Origin: Sminthopsis crassicaudata
Lineage: Eukaryota
DNA length: 64,000 nucleotides
NCBI RefSeq assembly: GCF_048593235.1
Contig: NC_133618.1
Coordinates: forward strand, 504,513,675-504,577,674
Direction of reading: 5' to 3'
Below are positions 12,401 through 22,870 of this stretch, piece after piece (the first letter of the stretch is position 1; each line of letters begins with the position of its first letter). A program made the position numbers and the translations under genes. The notes under the pieces were generated by a model that had not been told where the DNA came from, made no database searches, and saw only the letters and a list, made by a program, of their open reading frames with translations.

Positions 12401-14099
12401 AGTAGATCAAATCATATAAAGGTGGGAGCCAGTGATAAGCCCTTTACAACTTCATTATCACTCTATCTACCACAACCAACTTTAATTATTTAATCAATCA
12501 ATAAATATTTATTAAGGCCTTCTATATTTTAGGCATTATGCTAAGTACTGCTTATATAAAAAGTGGTAAAAGATACAGTCTCTGATCTTGAGGAGCTAAT
12601 GGTCTAATGGGGAAAATACCACTCAAATATATATAAAGTAAGCTATATACAAGAGTATATGGCTAAAAATGGGAGCAGGTAAGGTGATATAATTTTTCTC
12701 AAACTTTATTTTTTTGACAGTTGAACACAATTTTATTTCTCCCTTCCTTTTTTCTTTTTAAGCAGATTTGCCAATATTACTGTTTACCAGCATTAGAGGT
12801 GGCTAATTGAAAAAATACTTTCAGATTTTATTTATTTTATGTTCCTGCAATTTACGCTTTCCCCCTCCCCCATAAATTTAAGCTCAATTTTTGTTGTTAT
12901 TTTTGGGAATAATTGTTAGTTGTTGGATTTTTTAAAATTTTGGTGCCAATTTTTTAAAGAATATACTTTTGTTCCTTTTAGAAACTCAAATATTATTATT
13001 TTTGTTTTGTTTTGTTTTGGCTTTCTTCTTGCCTTGTATTTTGTCTTCTAGTTTCCTATGAACAATTTCTTCTGTTTTGTGCAACTTGCTACAGTTTTGG
13101 GAAATATTTGCATAACAATATAATTCAATGATGTTATTGATATCTTAAATGTAGTTTAATTTTCTGTGTGGTTGCAGACTTTGCTGTTAACTTGAATAGT
13201 TGCTTCAATACTGTATATCATTTGTATAGAGGGTTTCTTTATTATGTCATTGTGGTATAATAGTTTGTGTCTAATTTGCCTATATATTTGGATATGTATA
13301 ATATTGCTATCAGGGATAATGTATTTTGATTTTTAATGAGATCCATGCTGCTTCAAAACTTTTGTAATTTTTTTCCCACTAGAAATTCATAATGGTGTCT
13401 TGATATTATAATTAGATAGAGAATAAAAACTAGAAGAAAATTGAAAAGAAAGGTCAAAAATTTGGAAGACTAAAAATAATTCAGAGTGAGAAAATCAAAT
13501 CAACTCCAATTCTATTTTTCAATTGATTCCATTCTGGAATCTCAATATTTTATAAAATTTCTTCAGCCATATATATACATATATTTTTTTTGTTTTGTTT
13601 TTGAATTAAATTCAAAGTTTAGCTTTCCTCTCTGAGTTAAATTTTCCATAAATCATTTCAATTCAAACAAACATATTATCTCTACACATCTTGCTGTTCA
13701 TGCACAATTAAAGGAGATCTGCTATTTGGTTAACAAGCCTTGTAAGATGAAGGTGGGCACCAGAAAGTCTGTTATTTCTGCAATTTTGGCTGTCCATTAA
13801 GAAAGTCTGGACTGTTGTCACTATGACTCTAACCATTCATGCCGGTAAACACCACTAATGAACTTTCCACAGCAACAAGATGGAAGGAGTTGGGATTCTC
13901 AGAATTATATGAAAATAGTAGCCCTACCTTATGGTCTTTTGGCAGACTGAGGAGCCAAGGGAAATACTTTATTAGTAATTACTTGCCTTAACACACATAA
14001 ACTGAATGTGCTCAGAACTTGTGCCTCAGTTTATCTTATTCTGACCATAACAATATCAAGGTTAGAGCTGGGAGAAACACTCAGCTAGACCTCAGTGAT

Positions 14100-14420
14100 A
14101 GAAGTAAATGCCCTGAAATAGCAAAAGCAATCAGACCAGTGTACAGTCCTGATTGATGCCCCACAAAATGAGAATAGGATTGGATAGCTAAGAACTTTGA
14201 CAGAGACACCAGATGTTGAAGAGTTGATAGAATCAGGGCACAAAGAAGAGAGCCATTTCTAAAGCTGCTAAGAAGGATTCTCACTGGGAAATCCTATTGA
14301 TAAACAGCTGAAGACTGTGAAAGAAAAGCAAGAACTAGAGATGCAGAAGTTTTCTGGAAGAGAAAGTTTTGAAGAAAAGAAGTTTTCTGGAAACTTCATG
14401 AAGGAAGAAATACCAAACAA
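14100..14420 (+). mobile_element. Degenerate CR1/L3-like RT 3' fragment (a second piece at ~15450-15700)
   Basis: Decayed resemblance to the CR1 ORF2 C-terminus (QRRATK...LEMFSLEKRR-like), judged by eye only. Confidence 0.4.
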
Positions 14421-14985
14421 AAATCCTTCAATGGTAAAGGTCACCATCAGGAAAGCCTGAGATGTGAATATTACTATGAGGAGACAGGGGGGCAGAAGAA
14501 GGTTGGATGCTCTTGGAAGGAGAATGCACCTTTGGTGCTGCAGAAGCAAAGTCTCTAGGAATGGCACTGGAAAAGGGACCAAAAAGAGGCTCTTCAGACT
14601 AAGTATGACCTATTTACCAATTCCTTATGAGTTTATTCTCTCTAAACTCAGAGTATCCTTCTGAGAGATGCTGGTGAGGGCTGAGGATGTAGAATACACT
14701 GATTATAAATAATGATCATATTCTAGTGCTTCATCAAAAATATTTTTTGGGGAAAAAACCCAACCTTTTTAGTCTGAAAAGGCTTAGAGTTGGAGGAATG
14801 AATAACAAAAAATAATCACATCTGGGATACATACAGCAGAGTGATCCTGAGATTTTCTGCAGATAGTTATCAACAGGACAGAGAAGAAACTGACAAAAGT
14901 ATTGGGTTAGCTGGAGGGAAAAGATCTGAAGGTTCCAAACACAATTTCCAGTATTGTGAAGACTCTGTTAAATATGTGATTCATG

Positions 14986-15422
14986 AATGAGCAGAACCAG
15001 AAGATCACTGTACACTTCAACAACAATACTGTATGAAGATGTATTCTGAGGGAAGTGGAAATCTTCAACATAGAGAAGATCCAACTCACTTCCAGCTGAT
15101 CAATGATGGACAGAAACAACTACACCCAGAGAAGGAACACTGGGAAGTGAATGTAAATTGTTAGCACTACTGTCTATCTACCCAGGTTACTTATACCTTC
15201 GGAATCCAATACTTAACGTGCAACAAGAAAATTGGATTTACACACATATATCTAGTTTATACTGTAATACATGTAAAATGTATGAGATTACCTGTCATCT
15301 AGGGGAGGGAATAGAAGGAGGGGAAAATCTGGAAAAATGAATATGAGGGATAGTGTTATAAAAAAATTACTCATGCATATATACTGTCAAAAAAATGTAT
15401 AATTATAAAATTAATTTTTAAA
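14986..15422 (+). mobile_element. 5'-truncated LINE-1 (ORF2 last codons + 3'UTR)
   Basis: Homologous to the reverse complement of ~790-1200. 16-bp TSD aaatatgtgattcatg at 14970-14985 and 15423-15438. Confidence 0.9.
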
Positions 15423-16396
15423 AAATATGTGATTCATGTAATATATTTCCTGGCAAAAAGAAGCTGACTATCCAGCCATAACTTTATCTCAGAAGAGTTC
15501 TGACAGAAGCAAATGATGGTATGCTATCAAAGTTCATTGTCAAGGTAACAGAAATTTGCTGAGAAATTTTGGTATTTAGGGACTGGACACACAATTGAGT
15601 AGATTCCTGGAAAGCTCCTTCATATCTAGATGTGAAGAGCCTGAACAATTTACCTATTAAGATTGCAAGAGACTTAGTTGGGAATGTAGTATCTAGTGAA
15701 ATCTAGGTTCTTTTTACAGTATGGTATTGGAAAGTCTCTGATATGGGGAGACTATGCTTACATAATAGGAGCTCTGAAAATAATGTTCTATATTTGGTAT
15801 GGACAGAAATCAATGGTCTCTGATTGACAGACTAGAGAGTAGAGTACCAAACTCCTTCCAATGCCCTCCTATATAGAGGGTAGAAACAGGACTTCTCTCA
15901 GTTCACTCCACTCTACATCTGCTGTTTTTCCTGATTTCAGCTCCAGTAAACAAGATAGCCCTTGGTACTTCTACCCCCACCTGCTTTCCTGCCTCCTTTT
16001 GAATCTTTTATCCCCCAATTAGATAATAAGCTCCTTGAGGATAGGATCTATCTTTTAATAATTTGCATGCCTAGCATTTAGCACCATGCCTAGTACATAA
16101 TGGGTGTTTAATATATATTTACTAGATTTGGATTGGATTGGCAATCTACTGACTTGTAGAATGGGGAGAGATGTCCAGAGTGAAGCCTTTTTTTTTTAAG
16201 GTATCATAAAGTTGCAGTCTTTTTATTCTAGTATCCAAAGAATGCCAGTTATTGAACATGATATTTCCATAATCGTTGATCACAGAATTTCCAAAAATAA
16301 AGAAATAAATACGATTTCTATGTTGTCTTTGGCATGTTATGGATTCAAAGTGAGAGCTGTTTAATCAGCTGGAAATGATGAGGTTAGTGGTAGTTG

Positions 16397-16942
16397 TGAT
16401 GAGGTACAAGAACTGGGGTGGGAAATCCCCTCTGGTTGGAGCCGTAGGTCCTAAACGAAAGAATTTGCAAATCTGTGTAGCAGAAGGGATTTATTGGCAC
16501 TGAGAAGATAATATCTTCACCAGTGGGCAAAAGTCCTGGAAGGGCAGCTTCCTTGGCAAGCCTCACCCTATTTCAGACATCTGCAAAGATTCAGGTTTCA
16601 GAGTTGTCTTTTATTAGCCTTGTGAGGCTTGGATTTCAATTCAAAATTGAATGAGATTCCCTCAATGTTGTCATTGCCCTGAGCCTAGGTCTCAAATTGA
16701 AAAAAAATTACTTATCTTGTGAGTTTGAGCTACTGGGAGTGGTTCTGGACTAATCTTCAACTCAATAGAAGGTGTGACCATAATCTTGGCCAAGATCTCC
16801 ATTGAATGAGACCATCCAACTGGGCTCCCTGAAATTGGGCCTCTTTCAGAGGAGAGTTTGAGACTTAGAAACTTTCCCCCCCCAAAAGGGGACAAAGAAT
16901 CAGGGCCCCCTAAAAGTCAAAGGGGACACAATTTACCTTACA
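16397..16942 (-). mobile_element. Diverged solo-LTR-like element related to the two LTRs at 17.5-19.6 kb
   Basis: Read on the minus strand it runs TGTAAGG...TATA-like aataaaaga...tctttgcaga...gcccactgg...AATAAA...CTCATCA, with the same landmark order as the other LTRs. No TSD was found. Confidence 0.55.
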
Positions 16943-17507
16943 AGGAAACACAAACCATAGAATGCACTATTGGAGTCAGTCTTACAAGGAGAAATATGCA
17001 ATACAATACAAATTTAAATGTCCACATGTATAGTGTTTTAAAGAAAACATTTAAAAATTAAGCAAAATAAGTATGATATTAAATTCTCCCATATAGCTAT
17101 AGGATGAAATAAGAACTACAATATCTAAATACTGGGGGCCTTTTATTCCATAGCAGTTTTTAAGTGTCACAACATGTACATTAAATTGCATGCAACTTCC
17201 ACTTAATGCCCTTTACTGTATTGCAGTAAAAACATGCTAGCACAATATTTAGTTGATTCAGAGCATCAATGCAAAAATGCCAAAGTGCTTGTCAACAAAG
17301 CAACATAGAGATCCTCACATAACTAATGTGGTTAGAAAGCCTGCTGAACTCAAGGATAACAGAATGCTTCCTCTGGCAAAGAACACATTCTCCCTGAACT
17401 TCTGTACAGAGTGAAGCTTTGATGGATCTAGGTTCAGTTAAAAATGGTGAATGAGTCAGAATTGTCCAAGGAAATAAATTAGAGAACTGGATCCTAAACT
17501 CTGGTTG

Positions 17508-18161
17508 TGATGTGGGTTGTGGTCCCTTTAAGACTAGTCCTTTCAGATTGATTTATTCCTTTCGGATTCCCAACCCCTCATAGCTGAAGAAGCTAGGACT
17601 TTTGATTCACCCTTTTGAATTCCAATAAGAGATATCCAGGCTCTAACAACCCCCATTGGATCTGAGCCAACTTGAGCTGTCCCAGCCTCCATTCTAATGA
17701 TATGCTCAGGTTTCTCAACCCCCACCTAGCAAATTCTAGCCCAACGAGGAACCAATTTGGGACTCCACCCATAGGCCCCTTTAGCTAAATCTCTTCTTAT
17801 AAAAGAGCCAAGCTGGAAAGCTCTCTTTGCAGAAGTTCCAAACATGCTAGCACCATGCCTGGCACTAAGGACTCTCTGCCCCCGGAATATGCTCTCTTAT
17901 CTCTGCCTTCACCTTTTACTAACTAGACTTTAACTTTACTTCCAATCCCCATAATAAACCTTTTTATCAATCTAGGTTTTCGGGTCTATAAATTCCTTTA
18001 CAGGGAACTCTGCACCACCACTAGACTTGGAATTTAACTCTGTATCCTTGCACTGAATCCAAAGGGGTTGCAGGGAGCTCTATTTGATTTCCTGTACCCT
18101 AAACCTGCCACTAGACCTCAACCCTAATTTCATTTAGTTACCCCATATTTAGATTTCATCA
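17508..18161 (+). mobile_element. Solo ERV LTR
   Basis: TGATG...CATCA termini, 4-bp TSD gttg (17504-17507 and 18162-18165), TATA (tataaaa ~17798) and AATAAA (~17953). Confidence 0.88.
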
Positions 18162-18958
18162 GTTGCAGTAATCATAAAATACAATATATCTTAATATGAA
18201 GAACTCTTTCAGTTATCTAGGAAAGACCCAACTCCATTTTACATTTTAAAAAGCAAGAGTTAATTGAGCTTAGTTTGTTAATCTAATCACTGAGAATGAA
18301 TGTAAAGAAGTGTGCCTTTGTTTACTTCAGAGAAGACTGACTCTTTTCAAGCAAATGCCAACATTACTGTACTCTTGTACCTGGCCAAATGAAAAGGAAA
18401 TGCCAAATTGACCTGACAGAGCTTGAGATAGAGCACTGAGCCTGGAGTCAGGAAGATCTAGATTCAAATCTGGCCAGAAACACTAATTGTTACTTTGTTT
18501 GCCCTGTTTGCCCTTCATTTCAACGAGATTCACTGTGTCATGAGGTGATTGATGTCTTGACTCATGTTTGAGATGGATATGAGAGGCAGAGTTGCACAAA
18601 GTTATTATTCCAGAGTCATCAAAGTCAAGGAGTAAGACAAAAGTCAAGACTTGTATAGGTGGCCCAAGATGCAGTGGATGACCTGGTATTTTTAATGTCT
18701 GACCGAGCTCTAAAAAGTTCCACAGAATGAGCCATCTTCCTGACCTGGGGAACAAATGGTTCTCATCTACCCATTCCACCAGAGAAAATCTCCACAAGCT
18801 TGGTATGGACACCCTCCTACCTCACTGAGCAGTTTGAAGATTCTAAGTTACCTTCAACCTCATTTAGCCTATCTGCCAAGGTGATTTACTGAGGTTTGGT
18901 CACTAACAGCCACTGGTGACAGTTAAGTAAAAGTGGACATCAAAAATGGATGTGGATT

Positions 18959-19593
18959 TAATGTGGGTTGTACTCCCTTTAAGAAATTAATCCTTTCAGG
19001 AAATGCTGCAGGTTGTGTTTCCTTAAAGAAACTAATCCTTTCTGATTCCCAGCCCCTCCGGGCTGATGTAACAATTCAAGAAGCTAGGACCTTTGATTCA
19101 CAAATCCTGTCAAAAGCACCCCTTTGAATTCCAATAGGAGATCAGGCTCTCACAACTCCCACCCAGATCTCAGCCAACTTGGGACTCCACCCACAGGCCC
19201 TGGTAGCTAAATCTCTCATTATAAAGAGCCAAGCTGGAGCTCTTTTTGCAGGGTTCCAAACATGGCAGCCTTACCCTGGCTGCCAAGGATCTCTGCCCAC
19301 TGGAATCCTATTTCTGGTGCCCTCTTATCTCTACCTTCACCTTTTACTAACTAGACTTTAACTTTGCTTCCAAACTCCATAATAAACCTCCTTTATCAAT
19401 CTAGGTTTTTGGGTCTGTAAATTCCTTTACAGGGGACTCTCCCACCATCACTAGACCTCATTTAACTCCGTACTCTTGCACTGAATCCAAAGGGGTTGCA
19501 GGGGAGCTCCATTTGACTCCCTGTGTCCCAGACCTGCCACTAGATGCCAATTAACCTTATTTCATTAAGTTACCCCAATTCTAGACCTCATCA
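18959..19593 (+). mobile_element. Solo ERV LTR, same family
   Basis: TAATG...CATCA termini, 4-bp TSD gatt (18955-18958 and 19594-19597). Colinear with 17508-18161, with TATA and AATAAA. Confidence 0.88.
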
Positions 19594-19824
19594 GATTCAG
19601 GAAACCTGTCCAGCTCTTCCCCCCTGAATATCCACAGCTGTTTGCCTTGATCCACTGGAAAAGGAAATGGCAAAGCATTCCAGCATCTCTACCAAAAAAA
19701 CCTCATGGTTATTGTCCATGGAACTCACGAGGAATTGGACACGATCAAACAACAAGAATGACAAAACTGATCTGTGTACAGTTTGTGACTAAGGGAGTTG
19801 TTTCACAGTTACTGTACATTGTAA

Positions 19825-20631
19825 GATAAAAATTGTTTGCTCAACTGGAAATTAGTATGGCAGAAATTAGATATGGATCCACACTTAACACCATATACCA
19901 AGATAAGATCAAAATGGGTCCATGATTTAGGCATAAAGAATGAGATAATAAATAGATTAGAGGAACAGAGGATAGTCTACCTCTCAGACCTGTGGAGGAG
20001 GAAGGAATTTATGACCAGAGGAGAGTTAGAGATCATTATTGATCACAAAATAGGAGATTTTGATTACATCAAACTAAAAAGTTTCTGTACAAACAATACT
20101 AATGCAAACAAGATTAGAAGGGAAGTAACAAATTGGGAAAATATTTTTATAGTTAAAGGTTCTGACAAAGGCCTCATTTCCAAAATATATAGAGAACTGA
20201 CCCTGATTTATAGGAAACCAAACCATTCTCCAATTGATAAATGGTCAAAGGATATGAACAGACAATTCTCAGAGGAAGAAATTGAAACTATTTCCACTCA
20301 TATGAAAGAGTGTTCCAAATCACTATTGATCAGAGAAATGCAAATTAAGACAACTCTGAGATATCATTACACACCTGTCAGATTGGCTAAGATGACAGGA
20401 ACAAATAACGATGAATGTTGGAGGGGATGTGGGAAAACTGGGACACTGATGCATTGTTGGTGGAGTTGTGAAAGAATCCAGCCTTTCTGGAGAGCAATTT
20501 GGAACTATGCCCAAAAAGTTGTCAAACTGTGCATACCCTTTGATCCAGCATTGCTGCTATTGGGCTTATATCCCAAAGAAATACTAAAGGACCTGTATGT
20601 GCCAAAATGTTTGTGGCAGCCCTTTTCGTGG
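19825..20631 (+). mobile_element. LINE-1 ORF2 3' fragment, truncated at both ends
   Basis: ORF 19837-20661 matches the ORF2 C-terminus, including CWRGC...HCWWSC. A ~10-bp deletion near 20590 shifts the frame, and homology stops at 20631. Confidence 0.93.
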
Positions 20632-20878
20632 TGTCCATTGGATCTTGGTTGGAGAGGTTGAGCTCCCGCCTGCCTGGTCTGGCTCCTGAATCTCCCGGCG
20701 GAATCCTGGCTGAGGCTCTGAGAACTTCTCCCTTATACACCCCGCACTGAGTATACAACAATCATTACATCACTAGGAAACCACTATTTGTGATAGGATT
20801 AAACCAATGCTAAACCAGATTTAACCACCTTCTCCTCAGTTCCACTCAGTACCTTGTTTCGAGTTCTGGCCCATAACA
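20632..20878 (-). mobile_element. LTR-like fragment (TG...CA ends, TATA) abutting the L1 fragment
   Basis: The minus strand reads TGTTATGGGCC...GTATAAGGG...AATGGACA. No TSD or poly(A) signal was found. Confidence 0.5.
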
Positions 20879-20914
20879 ACTGTGTCATAAACTAAGTAAA
20901 GAATACTAAGAAAG

Positions 20915-21039
20915 AAAAGCAACATGTCAGAAGCTTCAGGTCATAAACACAAGATTTACGGCATTGCTTGAAGTGTTGGATCCGATACTGTAAATCTTGT
21001 GTTTATGACCTGAAGCTTCCTTTTTGACATGTTGCTTTT
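20915..21039. repeat. Long inverted repeat (30-bp + 15-bp perfect arms)
   Basis: 20930-20959 is the exact reverse complement of 20990-21019, and 20915-20929 of 21025-21039. There is a 5-nt bulge and a 30-nt loop. Confidence 0.97.
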
Positions 21040-21699
21040 AACTCACCCCGATGTATTTGGTTTCCGATGGTTTTTATATTCAGATGCATGTATGTGTCTG
21101 TGTGTGCATTTACATACACAGACATATATAGAGATGCACTGATGTATGAGTGTACACCTATAGGGTGCTCACTGTAGCACTGACGCGCTGACTATTATGC
21201 TGCAGAGGGCGCCCTTAATAGTGGTGGATGGTCAGAGCCTCCGGGTGTTCCCATGCCGGGCGGAGTGCTGCTTTTATCCACTTGTTCACGACTGCTGGAG
21301 CGTGTGCGTCTGTCTGTCCGGTCAGTGATCCACAAGAGGCAGGGAGAGAAAACCCATTGCGTTAGGTAACATGGGACCACACTGGGCGTTGGCCCTAAAA
21401 GACTTCTTGTACACCTTAAGCTGTCTTTAAAGGTTGCATAGAGTTAGTGTATAACGTAAATATTGAGCTCCAAATTCTCTTCTGTTCCTCCTGACCATTC
21501 ACTGAAAAGGCAAGGACTGTGTCAATGATACACGAAGTCACGTAAAACACATTCCCACATCATCCATGTTGGAAAAAAGCAAGAAAAAAGTAAAAAATGA
21601 AAAAAGTAAGCTTTAGTCTGCACGCAGAGTCCACTAGCGCTCTCTCTGGAGATGGACTTTTGGAATTGTTCTGGAAAAACCTGGATCAGAACTGGCCAC

Positions 21700-22870
21700 C
21701 CTTCTGGGGGATCTTCCTGAGCCAAGGAGTTTGTATGAGATGACCGAGAGCACGAAGCTCAGTCTGCTTGGGCCTGGGTTGAGGCGGAGAACGGCCTCCT
21801 CTCCCGGCCCCATGGCTACCGTATTGTCTCATTACCACCGCCTGCTACGCAAGGATACACTGCACAGTAGAGATGCACAGAGGCTCAATGAATCAAATGA
21901 ATTCATTTTGGGTGACGTCACCCCTGCCCGTCTTATTGACTGGAAAGGGCGGACAGAACTAGCCACAAGGCGGCGCCAGACCCAAAGCCAAGGCTGGAGC
22001 TCCAGCGTCTGGAAATCCCAACTAGGAGCACGTGTCTCTGGGTGTCACCTTAGAGTTAGCGGGGCAGAAGGCCCCTCCCCCACCCGCAGTGAGACCCGCG
22101 CAGCCCGGAGGAGAAGGGGGCCTGGCATCCTCAGTGCACCGGTCGCCCGCAGGTTGGCTTCTCCGTCTCCCCTGTTTTCTCGGAGAAACCGCGGAGGAAG
22201 CTATGATCCAATCAACCCCCCTACCCCCCGAGATTTGCTGCGTAGTTTTTCGCGTTTCCGTGGTGTCCAAGCCTGGGGCTTCTCCGCAGAGACGCTAGCG
22301 GGGCTATGCAGCCTTGGGGCGGTCCCCCCGAATTTCCGGCCCGTCTCTGGCTGAGGGCTCCCCGACTCGGGGAGTGGGAGTCCCTGGCGAGGCTGGGCTT
22401 CAGGTGGCCCCCCTCCGCGCTGGTTTCCCGGGGCATCCGGTCAGGGAGGTGCTGGGGGTAAGCCCCCGTCCTTGCTCCCGCAGCCATGGTCCCCCTGACC
22501 CCCGATCTCCCCCGGCTCTTCCTCTGGAACCTCCCCCCCGCCCCCCTCGGAGCGCGTTTGGCCACCTTGTGGAGGGCGGGCTGTGAGCCCTCTCCCCAGA
22601 CCCGGGGCAGCACCCCTGGCACTGGCCTGGAGGAACGGCGGGAGCGGCTGGCTGCCCGGGTTTACGTATAGTTTATCATACAAAAGGAACCAAAAGGACT
22701 CTTCCGGACGGGCGAGGGGGAAGGGTAACTGCCCCGTCCGCAGACTTGCTGGACAGTTCCAGCGACCCATTGAGTAGTTAGTGCTCAGCGCTGGGGGGCA
22801 CTGCGGAGGGAAGGCTCATCTTCCTGAGTCAGGTCTGGCCCCAGAGCCTCCCGGCGCCGTTCCCCCAAGT
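21700..22870. promoter_or_regulatory. CpG island with promoter motifs and no identified gene
   Basis: GC/CpG-rich. CRE TGACGTCA 21913-21920, GC box 21947-21952, E-box CACGTG 22029-22034, CCAAT 22208-22212, ETS-like ttccg motifs, and a GG|GTAAGC donor at 22458. Confidence 0.75.

Noticed and set aside
16201-16382. Plus-strand segment bounded by a strong acceptor and a GTTAGT donor
   Set aside because: All three frames contain stops, there is no recognisable homology, and no partner exons were found.
17508-19593. Possible internally deleted provirus
   Set aside because: Each LTR has its own distinct TSD, and no PBS, PPT or retroviral coding remnant was seen between them.
21731-22777. Many overlapping 60-207-aa ORFs, and likewise at 33166-34121, 49743-50889 and 59095-60486
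   Set aside because: Typical stop-poor frames of GC-rich CpG islands, low-complexity Pro/Gly/Arg, with no recognisable domain.
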